Source of the DNA: Geodermatophilaceae bacterium
GTDB lineage: Bacteria; Actinomycetota; Actinomycetes; Mycobacteriales; Geodermatophilaceae
Assembly (NCBI GenBank): GCA_013695685.1
Contig: JACCZY010000046.1
Location: forward strand, 5,464-69,463
DNA length: 64,000 bases
Direction: 5' to 3'
Part shown: positions 1-9,311 of the stretch, piece by piece
Layout: each line of letters starts with the position of its first letter
Numbering within the stretch: position 1 is the first letter of the stretch
Translations under genes and position numbers: made by a program
The notes under the pieces: generated by a model
Database searches by the model: none
What the model was told of the DNA's origin: nothing
Seen by the model: only the letters and a program-made list of their open reading frames with translations

Positions 1-353
1 GGCTGGGCTTCGTCCTGGACTCGGTCGCCGACCGGCTGGCGGATTCGGCGTACGTCGTCGCACTCTGGCTGCTCGGGGCGCCCGGCTGGCTGTGCGTGGT
101 GGCCGGGGGCGCCGCCGTCCTACCGGAGTACGTCCGGGCCCGCGCGGGGGTGGCGGGAATGCGGGCGATCGGTGTGGTCACCGTCTTCGAACGGCCGACC
201 CGGGTGATCCTGGTGACCGCACTGCTCGTCGCCGCCGCGGTGCTGCCCGGTCAGCACGCTGTCGTGGCGACGGCAGGCGCGGCGGCCTGGGCGCTGCTCG
301 GCGTCGTCGCCACCAGTCAGCTGTTGGCCGCCGTACGCCGCCTGCTCGGCTGA
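1..353 (+). CDS. CDP-alcohol phosphatidyltransferase family protein (C-terminal fragment; 5' end lies outside the window)
   Basis: Frame 3 is open from the window edge. LGFVLDSVADRLAD matches the G-x3-D-x3-D tail of the CDP-alcohol phosphatidyltransferase motif. Hydrophobic segments follow, with the stop at 351-353. Confidence 0.7.
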   Translation, partial: LGFVLDSVADRLADSAYVVALWLLGAPGWLCVVAGGAAVLPEYVRARAGVAGMRAIGVVTVFERPTRVILVTALLVAAAVLPGQHAVVATAGAAAWALLGVVATSQLLAAVRRLLG

Positions 354-396
354 CGGTCATACTTCCAAGCGCGACGGTCTGGGCAGAGGGGCTGCG

Positions 397-786
397 GTGA
401 AGCTGTTGCTAGTCGAGGACGAGGAGCGCATCGCGGCGTTCATGGCCAAGGGGCTGCGCCGGCGCGGCCATGACGTCGACGTCAAGGGTGTCGGCGCTGA
501 CGCCCTGAGCGCGCTGCTGGATCCGCACCCCGAGCATGACCTGCTGGTCCTGGATCTGGGGCTGCCCGACATCGACGGGCTCGACGTGCTCTGCCGGATG
601 CGCGAGCGCGGCGTACAGATTCCCGTCATCGTGGTGACTGCACGCACCGGCCGCGATGACCGGGCCAGGGCCAAGCAACTCGGCGTGGAGGCCTACCTCG
701 TCAAGCCGTTCCCGATGAAGGAACTGCTGGCGAGCGTCGACCGGCACGACCCGAGTCGTCACGATCCCGCCGTCCCCAGCACCTGA
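397..786 (+). CDS. Stand-alone response-regulator receiver domain protein (CheY-like, no output domain)
   Basis: GTG start. MKLLLVEDEE, the LLVLDLGLPDIDG phospho-acceptor Asp region, PVIVVTAR and AYLVKPF are classic REC motifs. At 129 aa there is no DNA-binding domain. Confidence 0.9.
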   Translation: MKLLLVEDEERIAAFMAKGLRRRGHDVDVKGVGADALSALLDPHPEHDLLVLDLGLPDIDGLDVLCRMRERGVQIPVIVVTARTGRDDRARAKQLGVEAYLVKPFPMKELLASVDRHDPSRHDPAVPST

Positions 787-795
787 ACCCGGGCC

Positions 796-1890
796 TCACA
801 GGGACCGCGACTTCCACACCAGTCGGCCCTGCCGACGCCGGCACACCGACCCAGCGGTCAAGAACCCGGCCGCCGCCACGGATGCCGGGTGCAGGAACAC
901 GTCAGGCCACAGCCGCGATCCGCTCCTCCGCGCGGCGACGGCCCGACCCGCCACGCCGAACAGGTACCCCGCCAGTCCCGCCCGCGAACCGGCCAGTGCG
1001 GCCAGCGCCGGTACGACGTACACCGCGGCAAGGGCGGTGACCACGGCAGCCGCACCGGCCGGGGAGCCGAAGGCGGTCCACAACGACTTGCTGTAGCCCT
1101 CGCGCACCCCCGGCCAGTCTTGGTACATCCGGCAGTGCGCCAGCCCGGTTCCGTCCACGACGGTGGTGCGTCCCCCCTCGCGCCGGATGTTGCGCGCCAG
1201 GGCCAGGTCCTCCATGACCGCACCGCGCACCGCCGCATGGCCGCCGGCCCGGTCGTAGGCGTCCCGGCGTACGGCGAAGAACTGCCCGCAGGACACCGCC
1301 AGGGACGGACGTGCCGACCGCTCCGCCACCCGCAGCGGCACGAACGTCAGCCACGACCACGCCAGCAGTGGCTGGACGAGCCGCTCGGCCCAGGTACCGG
1401 CGATCTGCCGCGGAAACGGGCAGACCAGGTCGACGCCAAGTGTGGCCAACTGCTCCAGCGCACTCACCACGGCGAGGGGCTCCAGCAGCACGTCGGCGTC
1501 CACGTAGACCAGCACGTCCGCGTCCGGGCAGGCCGCGGCGAGCTGTGCGCAGGCATGCGGCTTTCCCAGCCAGCCTGCCGGCGGCGCCACGCCGGCCAGC
1601 ACCCGGAGGCGCTCGTCACCGCTCGCCACCTCCGCCGCGACGGCCGCGGTCCGGTCGGTCGAGCAGTCGTCGAGCACCAGGATCCGCAGGTGTGGCATGC
1701 GCCGCTGGTCCATCAGGCGCTCGACGCACGGTCGCACCTGCACCGCCTCGTCGCGGACCGGCAGCAGCACTGCCACCGACAACCTGGACGGCTCGGGATC
1801 CGCCGCCGGGATCTGGAGCAGCTTGCTGTTGATCGCGGCATGCACCATGCCCACCGCGGCAGCCGCGCCGGCCAGTCCGAGCAGTCTCAC
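796..1890 (-). CDS. Family 2 glycosyltransferase with C-terminal membrane segments (CrtQ/CruC-like context)
   Basis: The GTG start forms a GTGA overlap with the stop of the upstream gene. GT-A signatures are present: SVAVLLPVRDE, LVLDDCSTDRT and LVYVDADV. The C-terminus is hydrophobic. The longer 910-aa ORF in the track is an upstream read-through artefact. Confidence 0.8.
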   Translation of the reverse strand: MRLLGLAGAAAAVGMVHAAINSKLLQIPAADPEPSRLSVAVLLPVRDEAVQVRPCVERLMDQRRMPHLRILVLDDCSTDRTAAVAAEVASGDERLRVLAGVAPPAGWLGKPHACAQLAAACPDADVLVYVDADVLLEPLAVVSALEQLATLGVDLVCPFPRQIAGTWAERLVQPLLAWSWLTFVPLRVAERSARPSLAVSCGQFFAVRRDAYDRAGGHAAVRGAVMEDLALARNIRREGGRTTVVDGTGLAHCRMYQDWPGVREGYSKSLWTAFGSPAGAAAVVTALAAVYVVPALAALAGSRAGLAGYLFGVAGRAVAARRSGSRLWPDVFLHPASVAAAGFLTAGSVCRRRQGRLVWKSRSL

Positions 1891-2654
1891 GACCGCAGCC
1901 GCTGGGACCGCTGCAACGCCACGGGAACGGCCACCACGCCCATACCGATCGCTCCCCACAGGGCGGCGTACGGGAGACCGAAGAAGATCGTGTGGGCGAG
2001 GATGCTGGAGAAGTAGACCCACAGGAAGGTTCCGACCGGTACGGCGTCCAGGTGGTCGGGGACGTCCCGGGTGCCGGCAAGGGCGTCGAAGGCCAGCATC
2101 AGCAGCACCGCGACGACGAGCCAGCCCAGGTGGTTCGTCAGCGGTACGCCGTACACGCCGGGAAGTCCCGGCTCGGGATCTGCCCACCGCCAGTACCCGC
2201 CGCTGACCATCTGCGGGTCGAGGAACAGATCCCACGAGGCGAGCGCCCAGGCGGCGAAGCCGATCCGCGACCAGCGCCCGGAGGTCAACCGGCCGGCGAC
2301 GATCCAGCTCGGCCAGGCCATCATCGCCCAGGCCAGGCCGGCGACCAGCGGAACGCCGAGCACCGCCGGTCCCAACCCGTCGCCGTAGGAGTAGCGCCCG
2401 AACGGGAAGCCGGTCGCCAGTCCGAGGACGTCCACCAGGAAACCGCCGCCGGCGAAGACCGCCACCAGGACCAGTGCGGTCCGTGCGCCGCGGGTGAGCG
2501 CCGCGTGCGTGATGGACGCGGCGCTGAAGAGGACCACCGACGTGATCCCGAGCAGGTCCCGGGCGTCGCCGTACACCAGGGGGTAGAAGACCTGAGCGAT
2601 CACCGCCGCGCCGGCCAGCAGGACGGGGGAGGGGTGGATCTGCTCCACGATCAT
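1887..2654 (-). CDS. Polytopic membrane protein resembling 'carotenoid biosynthesis protein' (DUF422/CruF-type hydratase family)
   Basis: 255 aa with about 7 hydrophobic helices. From memory it resembles PF04240-type proteins. It sits between a CrtI-like oxidoreductase and a GT2. Confidence 0.6.
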   Translation of the reverse strand: MIVEQIHPSPVLLAGAAVIAQVFYPLVYGDARDLLGITSVVLFSAASITHAALTRGARTALVLVAVFAGGGFLVDVLGLATGFPFGRYSYGDGLGPAVLGVPLVAGLAWAMMAWPSWIVAGRLTSGRWSRIGFAAWALASWDLFLDPQMVSGGYWRWADPEPGLPGVYGVPLTNHLGWLVVAVLLMLAFDALAGTRDVPDHLDAVPVGTFLWVYFSSILAHTIFFGLPYAALWGAIGMGVVAVPVALQRSQRLRS

Positions 2655-2693
2655 TCCTGCGTCTCCCCGGCGGAAAGTACGTCGGCGTGCACG

Positions 2694-3827
2694 TCAGCCG
2701 GGAGTGAGGTCGACCAGCGGTGCCCCGCGGGCGTTGAGGGCGGTTTCGGTGCGTTCGCGGGAGAAGGGGGGCGCGATGCGCACGACGTCCGACGGTGCGT
2801 CGACGAAGGTCGGGACGTAGCCCACCTGCGTAATGTCGTAGCTGTCGTCCCCTGCCAGACCGAACGTGACCTCGACCATGACGCCGTCGCGGTGAGGGGG
2901 CGTGGGATCGGAGCTGTAAACCGCTTGCTGGGCAAGGAAGTTCCCCAGACCGTAGATCACCCACCGGCCGTCCGGCAGCCGCTCGATCGGCTGTACGACG
3001 TGCGCGTGGTGACCCACGATCAGGTCGATCTCCGGGGCCCGCATGATCTCGTCGACCACCTGCTCCTGGTAGCTCGAGGGTTGCTGGTCGAGCTCCTCCC
3101 CGAAGTGCAGGCTCACGACGACGATGTCCGCGCCGGACTGCGTGAGCCGGGCGGCATCGGCGCGGATGGCCGGCGGGTCGATCAGGTTCACCGCCCACGG
3201 CGCGGGGGACGGCAGGCCGTTCAGTGCGTACGTGTAGGACAGGTGCCCGACATCGACACCCTGTACGTCGTAGATGGTCGGCTCGGCGTGCTCCTTCCGA
3301 CTGCGTGCGCTGCCGGTGTGCTCGATCCCCACCCGGTCCAGGTTGTCCAGCGTCGCGTTGATCCCGTCCAGACCGAGATCCACTGTGTGATTGGACGCCG
3401 TACTGCACGCGTCGAAGCCGATCTTCTGCTGGTCCTCGGCCAGTTCGTACGGTGCGTTGAAGCGCGGATACCCGGCCAGGCCGACGTTGTCGTCGGACAG
3501 CGGGGTCTCCTGATGGCAGACTGCCCAATCCGCCGCGGCGACGATCGGCGCCACCTCGGCGAGCATTGGCATGAAGTCGTAGCCCTGCCCGCCGGCGTAG
3601 CGCCCGGCGCGCTCTATCAGGGCATCGCTGGGCAGCATGTCGCCGGTGAAGAGCAGCCGGACCGATTCTGTGGCGGTCGTCGGCGTCGGCGTCGTCGTGG
3701 GCGTCGGCGTCGTCGTGGTCGTGGGCGTGGTCGTTGTGGTCTCGGGAGTGGCCACCGACGACCCCTCGTCAGCTGGGGCGCAGCCGGTCACCAGCACTGC
3801 GATGGTGGCGGCGACGAGCAGTCTCAT
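2694..3827 (-). CDS. CapA/PGA_cap-family metallophosphatase-like lipoprotein
   Basis: Signal peptide with lipobox (AVLVTGC), then a Thr/Pro linker. LLFTGDM, ASNHTVD, VVSLHFG and IVGHHAHV are typical of CapA-type calcineurin-like proteins. ATGA overlap with the upstream gene. Confidence 0.75.
   Translation of the reverse strand: MRLLVAATIAVLVTGCAPADEGSSVATPETTTTTPTTTTTPTPTTTPTPTTATESVRLLFTGDMLPSDALIERAGRYAGGQGYDFMPMLAEVAPIVAAADWAVCHQETPLSDDNVGLAGYPRFNAPYELAEDQQKIGFDACSTASNHTVDLGLDGINATLDNLDRVGIEHTGSARSRKEHAEPTIYDVQGVDVGHLSYTYALNGLPSPAPWAVNLIDPPAIRADAARLTQSGADIVVVSLHFGEELDQQPSSYQEQVVDEIMRAPEIDLIVGHHAHVVQPIERLPDGRWVIYGLGNFLAQQAVYSSDPTPPHRDGVMVEVTFGLAGDDSYDITQVGYVPTFVDAPSDVVRIAPPFSRERTETALNARGAPLVDLTPG
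3672..3742 (-). repeat. Degenerate short tandem repeat encoding a Thr/Pro-rich linker (TTTTTPTTTTTPTPTTTPTPTT)
   Basis: On the plus strand it reads as reiterated ggcgtcg/gtcgtcgtgg units. It lies in frame within the CapA-like lipoprotein gene. Confidence 0.8.
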
Positions 3828-5377
3828 CGGGTGTCCCGGAGCACGATCCGGGCGACCGTACGACCGCTGGCGCCGAACACGCCGCCGCCCGGATGGGTGG
3901 AGGCTCCCGTCAGGTACAGCCCGGTGACATCGGGAACGCGGTGACCGGCGAGTTCGGGCAACGGCCGCCAGCCGAACATCTGGTCCAGCGACATGTCGAC
4001 GTGCATCACGTTGCCCCGCAGGAGTCCGAGTTCGCGTTCGAGGTCGAGCGGAGACTGCACGTACACGTGCTCGACTGTATCCGCGAAGCCTGGTGCGACC
4101 GTGCTGATCGCGTCGACGAGCCGGCGTGCCTCGCGCTCGGCGATGTCCGGCCAACGCTCGGCGACCAACTCGTACGGGTGCCACTGTCCCCACACCGTGA
4201 CGTTGTGCCGTCCAGGTGGTGCGATCGTGTCGTCGAAGGCGGAGAACGTCATGGCAACTACGGGTGGGCGGGTGGCGGGCCGACCGCACAGGTAGTCGGC
4301 GTACGCCTCCCGGAGCGCGTGTCTGGACGGCGCGATCAACTGCATCGCGCGGTACGACGACCCGTCGGCGGCGGCTGACGGGTAGCGGGGAAGGTCCGTC
4401 GTACCCAGTCGGACCGCCATGCCGATCCCGTTGCCGGCCCGGACCAGCCGGCGGACCCGGTCGGCCAGCGCAGCGGGTGCGCCCTCGCCCAGCAGCTGCA
4501 TGGTGGTGAGGACGTGGCAACCCGCCACCACGACCGCCGAACCGAGCACGTCGCCGGAGTCGGTGCGTACGCCGCTCACCCGCCCGCTCCCGGCGAGGAT
4601 CTCGATGGCCCCGTCACCGAGACGAATCTCGCCGCCGTCGGCTCGCAACCGGGAGATCAGCGCGGTGGTCAGCATGCCGCTGCCGCCCCTTGGATGTCCG
4701 GGCGCCCGCCGGTGCATGAGGCTCGTCCAGCCGACGAGGTCGGCGGTGGCCGGCTCATGCATCGGGGATCCCGACTGCGCACCGAGCCAGGACAGCGCGG
4801 TCTTGAGCCGCTCGTCGGAGAAGTGCGCGTCCAGCAGGGCGTCACCGCTGGTGAGGAATTGCCGCGACAGCTCTATGCCGGAGAGCCCGGTACGCCGCCC
4901 GAGCCCCCACAGTGAGCGGGCGATCCGCGTCGGTGTCGGAGCGCTCGCGAAGGCATCGAAGACCAACTCGTTCCTGGCCGCCCAGTCCTCGGCGAAGCCG
5001 TGATACGCCTCGGCGTCGCGTGCGCCGCAGACCGACTCGATCGAGGCGCAGGTGCGGTCCAGGTCGACGGAGAAGGTCAAGGCCACCTGGCCGCCGTCGG
5101 CCGTTCGGAACGGAGCGAAGCCCCACGGGTCCATGTCCTGGTACTGCAAGCCGTGCCGGGCCAGTTCCAGCTGCTCGATGATGCCGGTGTGGCGGATCAT
5201 CACGTGTGCACTGGAGCCCCTGTCCATCTGATAGCCGGGAAAGCGCTCCACTGTGGACACTGCGCCGCCTGGCACCGTGTCCCGCTCGAGAACCGTCACC
5301 GCCAGTCCGGCCTTCGCCAGGTAGCAGGCGCTGACGAGCGCGTTGTGCCCGCTGCCGATTACGACGACGTCAGGCAT
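3824..5377 (-). CDS. Phytoene-desaturase-family NAD(P)/FAD-dependent oxidoreductase (CrtI/CrtD-like)
   Basis: N-terminal dinucleotide fold DVVVIGSGHNALVSACYLAKAGLAVTVLE. The 517-aa length and C-terminal LYLTGASTHPGGGV are typical of the family. Confidence 0.8.
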   Translation of the reverse strand: MPDVVVIGSGHNALVSACYLAKAGLAVTVLERDTVPGGAVSTVERFPGYQMDRGSSAHVMIRHTGIIEQLELARHGLQYQDMDPWGFAPFRTADGGQVALTFSVDLDRTCASIESVCGARDAEAYHGFAEDWAARNELVFDAFASAPTPTRIARSLWGLGRRTGLSGIELSRQFLTSGDALLDAHFSDERLKTALSWLGAQSGSPMHEPATADLVGWTSLMHRRAPGHPRGGSGMLTTALISRLRADGGEIRLGDGAIEILAGSGRVSGVRTDSGDVLGSAVVVAGCHVLTTMQLLGEGAPAALADRVRRLVRAGNGIGMAVRLGTTDLPRYPSAAADGSSYRAMQLIAPSRHALREAYADYLCGRPATRPPVVAMTFSAFDDTIAPPGRHNVTVWGQWHPYELVAERWPDIAEREARRLVDAISTVAPGFADTVEHVYVQSPLDLERELGLLRGNVMHVDMSLDQMFGWRPLPELAGHRVPDVTGLYLTGASTHPGGGVFGASGRTVARIVLRDTR

Positions 5378-5951
5378 CGTCCACAGTGGACTGCACTGTC
5401 AGTGGCAGGCGCGCCCCCAACACCGCGAACGGTCGCGCGTCCCCGGGGAACAGGTGCTGTCGGGCGAGGTCGACGAAGCCCAGCGAGCGGTAGAGGCGCC
5501 ACGCCCTGGTCTGACCCTCCGGGGTGGACAGCAGCACCGCAGGGTGCGGCGCGTCCTCAAGCAACGTCAGCAGGATCGCGCAGCCCAGACCGGCACCTTG
5601 GCGGTCCGGTCGCACGTGCAGCTCGCACAGTTCCACGCTTCCGGGCAGCCATTGCGCGGCTACGTCGCGGTCGACCGCCCTGCGTACCTGGTCGTGCCAC
5701 CACTGTCCGGGCGCGGAGGTGTAGCCGTAGCCGAAGCCGAGCAGCACGCCGTCCCGGTCGAGCGCGGCTACCGCCCGGAACCCCGGCCGGTCGGCATGAG
5801 CCGTGGCATAGCCGATGCGGTTGTCCACCACGCTCGCGGAGTAGCCCATGGCTTCGGCGTAGATCGTCATCGCGTCGCGTACCCGAGCGACGAACTCGGC
5901 CGGTTCCCACCGCACGAGGCGCGCGTCTCGTCGATGCATCGTGCTGCTCAC
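5370..5951 (-). CDS. GNAT family N-acetyltransferase
   Basis: Acetyl-CoA-binding motif A, LHVRPDRQGAGLGCAILL, followed by RLYRSLGF. Overlaps the start of the downstream CrtI-like gene by 8 nt. Confidence 0.8.
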   Translation of the reverse strand: MSSTMHRRDARLVRWEPAEFVARVRDAMTIYAEAMGYSASVVDNRIGYATAHADRPGFRAVAALDRDGVLLGFGYGYTSAPGQWWHDQVRRAVDRDVAAQWLPGSVELCELHVRPDRQGAGLGCAILLTLLEDAPHPAVLLSTPEGQTRAWRLYRSLGFVDLARQHLFPGDARPFAVLGARLPLTVQSTVDDA

Positions 5952-5977
5952 GCCAGCAGCGTAGGCGTCCCGTCGGG

Positions 5978-6445
5978 TCAGTCGCCCACCTCGGCCGACG
6001 TACCGGCGGTGATGCGCAGCAGTTCGTCGTACGTCGTGGGGAACACCGCGGCGGGATGACCGGCCGAGGCCCAGACGATGTCGAAGGTGGCAAGTGCGAT
6101 GTCGACCAGCGTCCCGATCGGCTCCGGGTGCCCGAGAGGGGCGACCCCGCCGATCGGCTGACCGGTGTGCCGGCGGACGAACTCCGGATCGGCCCGGTTC
6201 AAGGCCGGTATGCCGAGCAGTCGCTCGACCCGGGCGGTGTCGACGCGATGGGCGCCGCTGGTGAGGATTAGCAAGGGTGTGCCCCCGGCGTCGAAGAGCA
6301 GGCTGTTCGCGATGGCCCCGACGTCTACGCCGACCTGCTCAGCGGCCAGTGCCGCCGTACGGGCGGTGCCCGGCAACTCTCGCACCTGGCCCGCGGAGCC
6401 CGCCGCTCGCAGGGCCTCGGCCACGGCGACGACATTGGGGTGCAT
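5978..6445 (-). CDS. YbaK/EbsC-family (aminoacyl-tRNA deacylase-like) protein
   Basis: 155 aa. LLFDAGGTPLLILTSGAHRVD and GGVAPLGH resemble YbaK/ProX editing domains. The ATG lies 4 nt after the stop of the LigD-pol gene. Confidence 0.7.
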   Translation of the reverse strand: MHPNVVAVAEALRAAGSAGQVRELPGTARTAALAAEQVGVDVGAIANSLLFDAGGTPLLILTSGAHRVDTARVERLLGIPALNRADPEFVRRHTGQPIGGVAPLGHPEPIGTLVDIALATFDIVWASAGHPAAVFPTTYDELLRITAGTSAEVGD

Positions 6446-6449
6446 GTGT

Positions 6450-7388
6450 TCATACTGGCGCAGCCGGCGTTTCGCTGTCGTCGCGGTCGGCCCACTCCAG
6501 CAGCGTGTCCAGGGAGTACGCGTTGTCATCGATGCCGGCGTGCAGGTCGCCCAACCGCACGTACCGTTCCGGCACCGTGGCGATGGTGAAGTCCCGCGGC
6601 TCGGCGTCTGCAATCTCGGCCCAGGTGATCGGAGTCGATACGAGGGCCTCGGCCACCCCCCGCACCGAATACGCGGCCCGGATGGTGTGGTCGCGCGCGT
6701 TCTGGTTGTAGTCCACGAAGACCGTTTTCGGGTCACGGTCCCGTCGCCACCAGGTCAGGTCGACGAGATCTGGCAGGCGGCGTTCCACCTCGCGGGCGAA
6801 TGCCCGGGCGGCCCGGCGTACCTGCGGGAACTCCCACCGTGGCTCGATCCGGACGTAGACGTGCAGCCCCTTACCCGCGGAGGTTTTCGGCCACCCGACT
6901 GCGCCGAGCTCATCGAGCAGCTCGTGGACGACTGCCGCGACCCGGCGAACGTCGTCGTAGTCGGCCCGCGGCATCGGGTCGAGGTCGATCCGCCACTCGT
7001 CGGGCTCCTCGACGTGTCCGCGGCGGGAGTTCCAGGGGTGGAACTCCACTGTGGACATCTGCACCGCCCAGACGACGTCGGCGACGTGGGTGACGCACAG
7101 CTCGGAGGCGTGCCGACCGGACGGGAAGTCGACGCGCACCGTCTGGACCCAATCCGGGGCCCCGCGGGGCAGCCGCTTCTGGTGCACCTTCTCGCCGGAG
7201 ACGCCCTCAGGAAAGCGGTGCAGCATGCACGGCCGCTCGCGCAGCGCCCGGACGATCCCGTCGCCGACGGTCAGGTAGTACCGCGCCAGATCGAGCTTGG
7301 TCTCACCTCTGGCCGGGAAGTACACCCGGTCGGGGTTGCTGATCCGCACCGTGCGGTCGCCGATCTCCAGTTCGACCGAGTCGGCCAC
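6450..7388 (-). CDS. Stand-alone LigD polymerase/primase domain protein (NHEJ archaeo-eukaryotic primase fold)
   Basis: AEP motifs are present: WRIDLDP (DxD), KTSAGKGLHVYV (SGKGxH) and FVDYNQNARDHT. There is no ligase or phosphoesterase domain in the ORF. Confidence 0.85.
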   Translation of the reverse strand: MADSVELEIGDRTVRISNPDRVYFPARGETKLDLARYYLTVGDGIVRALRERPCMLHRFPEGVSGEKVHQKRLPRGAPDWVQTVRVDFPSGRHASELCVTHVADVVWAVQMSTVEFHPWNSRRGHVEEPDEWRIDLDPMPRADYDDVRRVAAVVHELLDELGAVGWPKTSAGKGLHVYVRIEPRWEFPQVRRAARAFAREVERRLPDLVDLTWWRRDRDPKTVFVDYNQNARDHTIRAAYSVRGVAEALVSTPITWAEIADAEPRDFTIATVPERYVRLGDLHAGIDDNAYSLDTLLEWADRDDSETPAAPV

Positions 7389-7406
7389 TGCTACAGGTTG
7401 CCACGG

Positions 7407-7955
7407 CTACAGGTGGAAGACCACGATCGCCACGATGCCGCCGACGATCGCCAACACGATGCCGACAAGTCGCATCTTCGGGCCGTCCAGGGCCGGAACT
7501 CGCAGCGCGAGGCGGCCGGGTCCGGTCAGGATCAGGGCGAATGCGGAGCAGAGGTAGAACAGCTCGAGTTCGGGACCACCTGCACCGGCGAAGAAGACGG
7601 CGTCGGTGCCCGCCTGGATGGCTGCGTACGCACCGGCCATGTTCGCCACCACCGCGGCAGCGGCGAGCGGTAGCGCGAGACCGACGGCGATGAGCAGGCC
7701 GCCACCGAGCTCCACCAGCCCGCTGAGGATCGCGTAGGGAGTTCCGGGTGAGAACCCGACCGCCTCGAAGTACCGGGCAGTGGAGTCGATCCCCCCGTCA
7801 CCTCCGAACCCGACAAGCTTCTGCGCGCCGTGGGCGACCATGGCGAGGCCCACGAACAGCCGGAGCACGAGCAACCCGAGTCTGAGCGTCGCTGTGTCGG
7901 TGTCTCGCACCGGAGCGGTGTCCCGTGGCCGATCTGTGACAGTCATCGTGCCCAC
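7407..7955 (-). CDS. DoxX family membrane protein
   Basis: Four hydrophobic helices. LRLFVGLAMVAHGAQKL is the typical DoxX N-terminal signature. The exact start is uncertain. Confidence 0.7.
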   Translation of the reverse strand: MGTMTVTDRPRDTAPVRDTDTATLRLGLLVLRLFVGLAMVAHGAQKLVGFGGDGGIDSTARYFEAVGFSPGTPYAILSGLVELGGGLLIAVGLALPLAAAAVVANMAGAYAAIQAGTDAVFFAGAGGPELELFYLCSAFALILTGPGRLALRVPALDGPKMRLVGIVLAIVGGIVAIVVFHL

Positions 7956-8055
7956 CTCCGCGAGTTCGTGTGCCTACACCGTTACACGCCGGGCGCGATC
8001 GTCCGGTTCGCCCGCCCGCTGCGAGGACGCGCAACCGCGGTGCGAGTATCGCCTC

Positions 8056-9267
8056 GTGCCCGCGCGTCGATCGTTGCCACGCGAGGTCTACGTCCTGGCT
8101 ACTGTCGCGTTCTTCGTCGCGGTCGGTTACGGGATCCTGGCTCCGGCGATCCCGGATTTCGCGCGGGACTTCGGGGTGGGTCGCACCGCCGCCGCGCTCG
8201 TCGTCAGTGCGTTCGCGTTCATGCGGCTGGTGTCTGCCTTCGGCAGCGGCGGGCTGGTCGACCGCTTCGGCGAGCGCTGGATCATGGCCATCGGGATCGG
8301 CATCGTCGCCACGACCAGCGCCGCAGCGGGCTTCGCCCAGAACTACCCGACGTTGCTGATCCTGCGCGGTTTGGGCGGTGTGGGATCGGCGATGTTCACC
8401 GTGTCGGCTGCGGCGTTGCTGATCCGGCTCGTCGGTAACGAACAGCGCGGCCAGGCCAGCGGAATCTTCGCCGGTGGGTTCCTCACCGGCGGGATCATCG
8501 GCCCGGTCTTCGGCGGTCCACTCACCGAGATCTCACTGCGGTTGCCGTTCTTCGTGTACGCCGCAACCCTGACCATGGCCGGGTTGGTCGCCGCCATCGC
8601 GCTGCGCAACACCGCACTGTCCACCGCACCGGTCGAGCGGCGCGGCCTGCGCGGCAGCGGCGTCGCGACCGCGTTGCGCGATCCGGCGTACCGGGCGGCA
8701 GTGGGGGCCAACGTGGCGGTGGGCTGGACGATCTTCGGAGTCCGGTTCGCGACGATCCCGCTGTTCGTCACCGAGGGGCTCCGGCTGGGCGCGGTCTGGA
8801 CCGGGGTCGGACTGGGTATCTTCGCCGTGGCGAATGCGGTGCTGCTCTGGCCGGCCGGGCGGTTCACCGACCGGCGGGGCCGGCGTCCTGTCCTGATCGC
8901 CGGTACGACGACGTGCGCGATCGGGCTGGCGTTGCTCGTCCTCCCGCCGGCGCTGCCGCTGTTCCTCGCGTCCATGGCCATCACCGGGGCCGGCTCCGCC
9001 CTGTTGACGGTGGCACCCGCGGCCGTCCTGGGTGATGTTGCGCCGGCGCGTAGCGGCTCGGTCGTCGCCGTCTTCCAGATGGCCGCCGACGTCGGCGCGA
9101 TGACGGGGCCGCTGTTGGCCAACGCCCTGGTCGACTCGTTCGGGTACGACGCCGGATTCGGCCTGACGGCGCTGGTGATGCTGGCGGCAGCTGGTTTGGC
9201 GGTGGTGATGCCGGAGACCCGAGACCGGGGCGCCACCACACCGGCCCGGCCGGGACGAGCCACCTAG
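8056..9267 (+). CDS. MFS transporter
   Basis: About 12 predicted TM helices. MFS loop motifs GGLVDRFGERW and GRFTDRRGRRPVL are present. I chose an internal GTG start because the upstream part of the 495-aa ORF is not hydrophobic. Confidence 0.8.
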   Translation: MPARRSLPREVYVLATVAFFVAVGYGILAPAIPDFARDFGVGRTAAALVVSAFAFMRLVSAFGSGGLVDRFGERWIMAIGIGIVATTSAAAGFAQNYPTLLILRGLGGVGSAMFTVSAAALLIRLVGNEQRGQASGIFAGGFLTGGIIGPVFGGPLTEISLRLPFFVYAATLTMAGLVAAIALRNTALSTAPVERRGLRGSGVATALRDPAYRAAVGANVAVGWTIFGVRFATIPLFVTEGLRLGAVWTGVGLGIFAVANAVLLWPAGRFTDRRGRRPVLIAGTTTCAIGLALLVLPPALPLFLASMAITGAGSALLTVAPAAVLGDVAPARSGSVVAVFQMAADVGAMTGPLLANALVDSFGYDAGFGLTALVMLAAAGLAVVMPETRDRGATTPARPGRAT

Positions 9268-9311
9268 CACGCGTACTGTCACCGTACGTCCATCGTCGGT
9301 CGGAGGACCCC

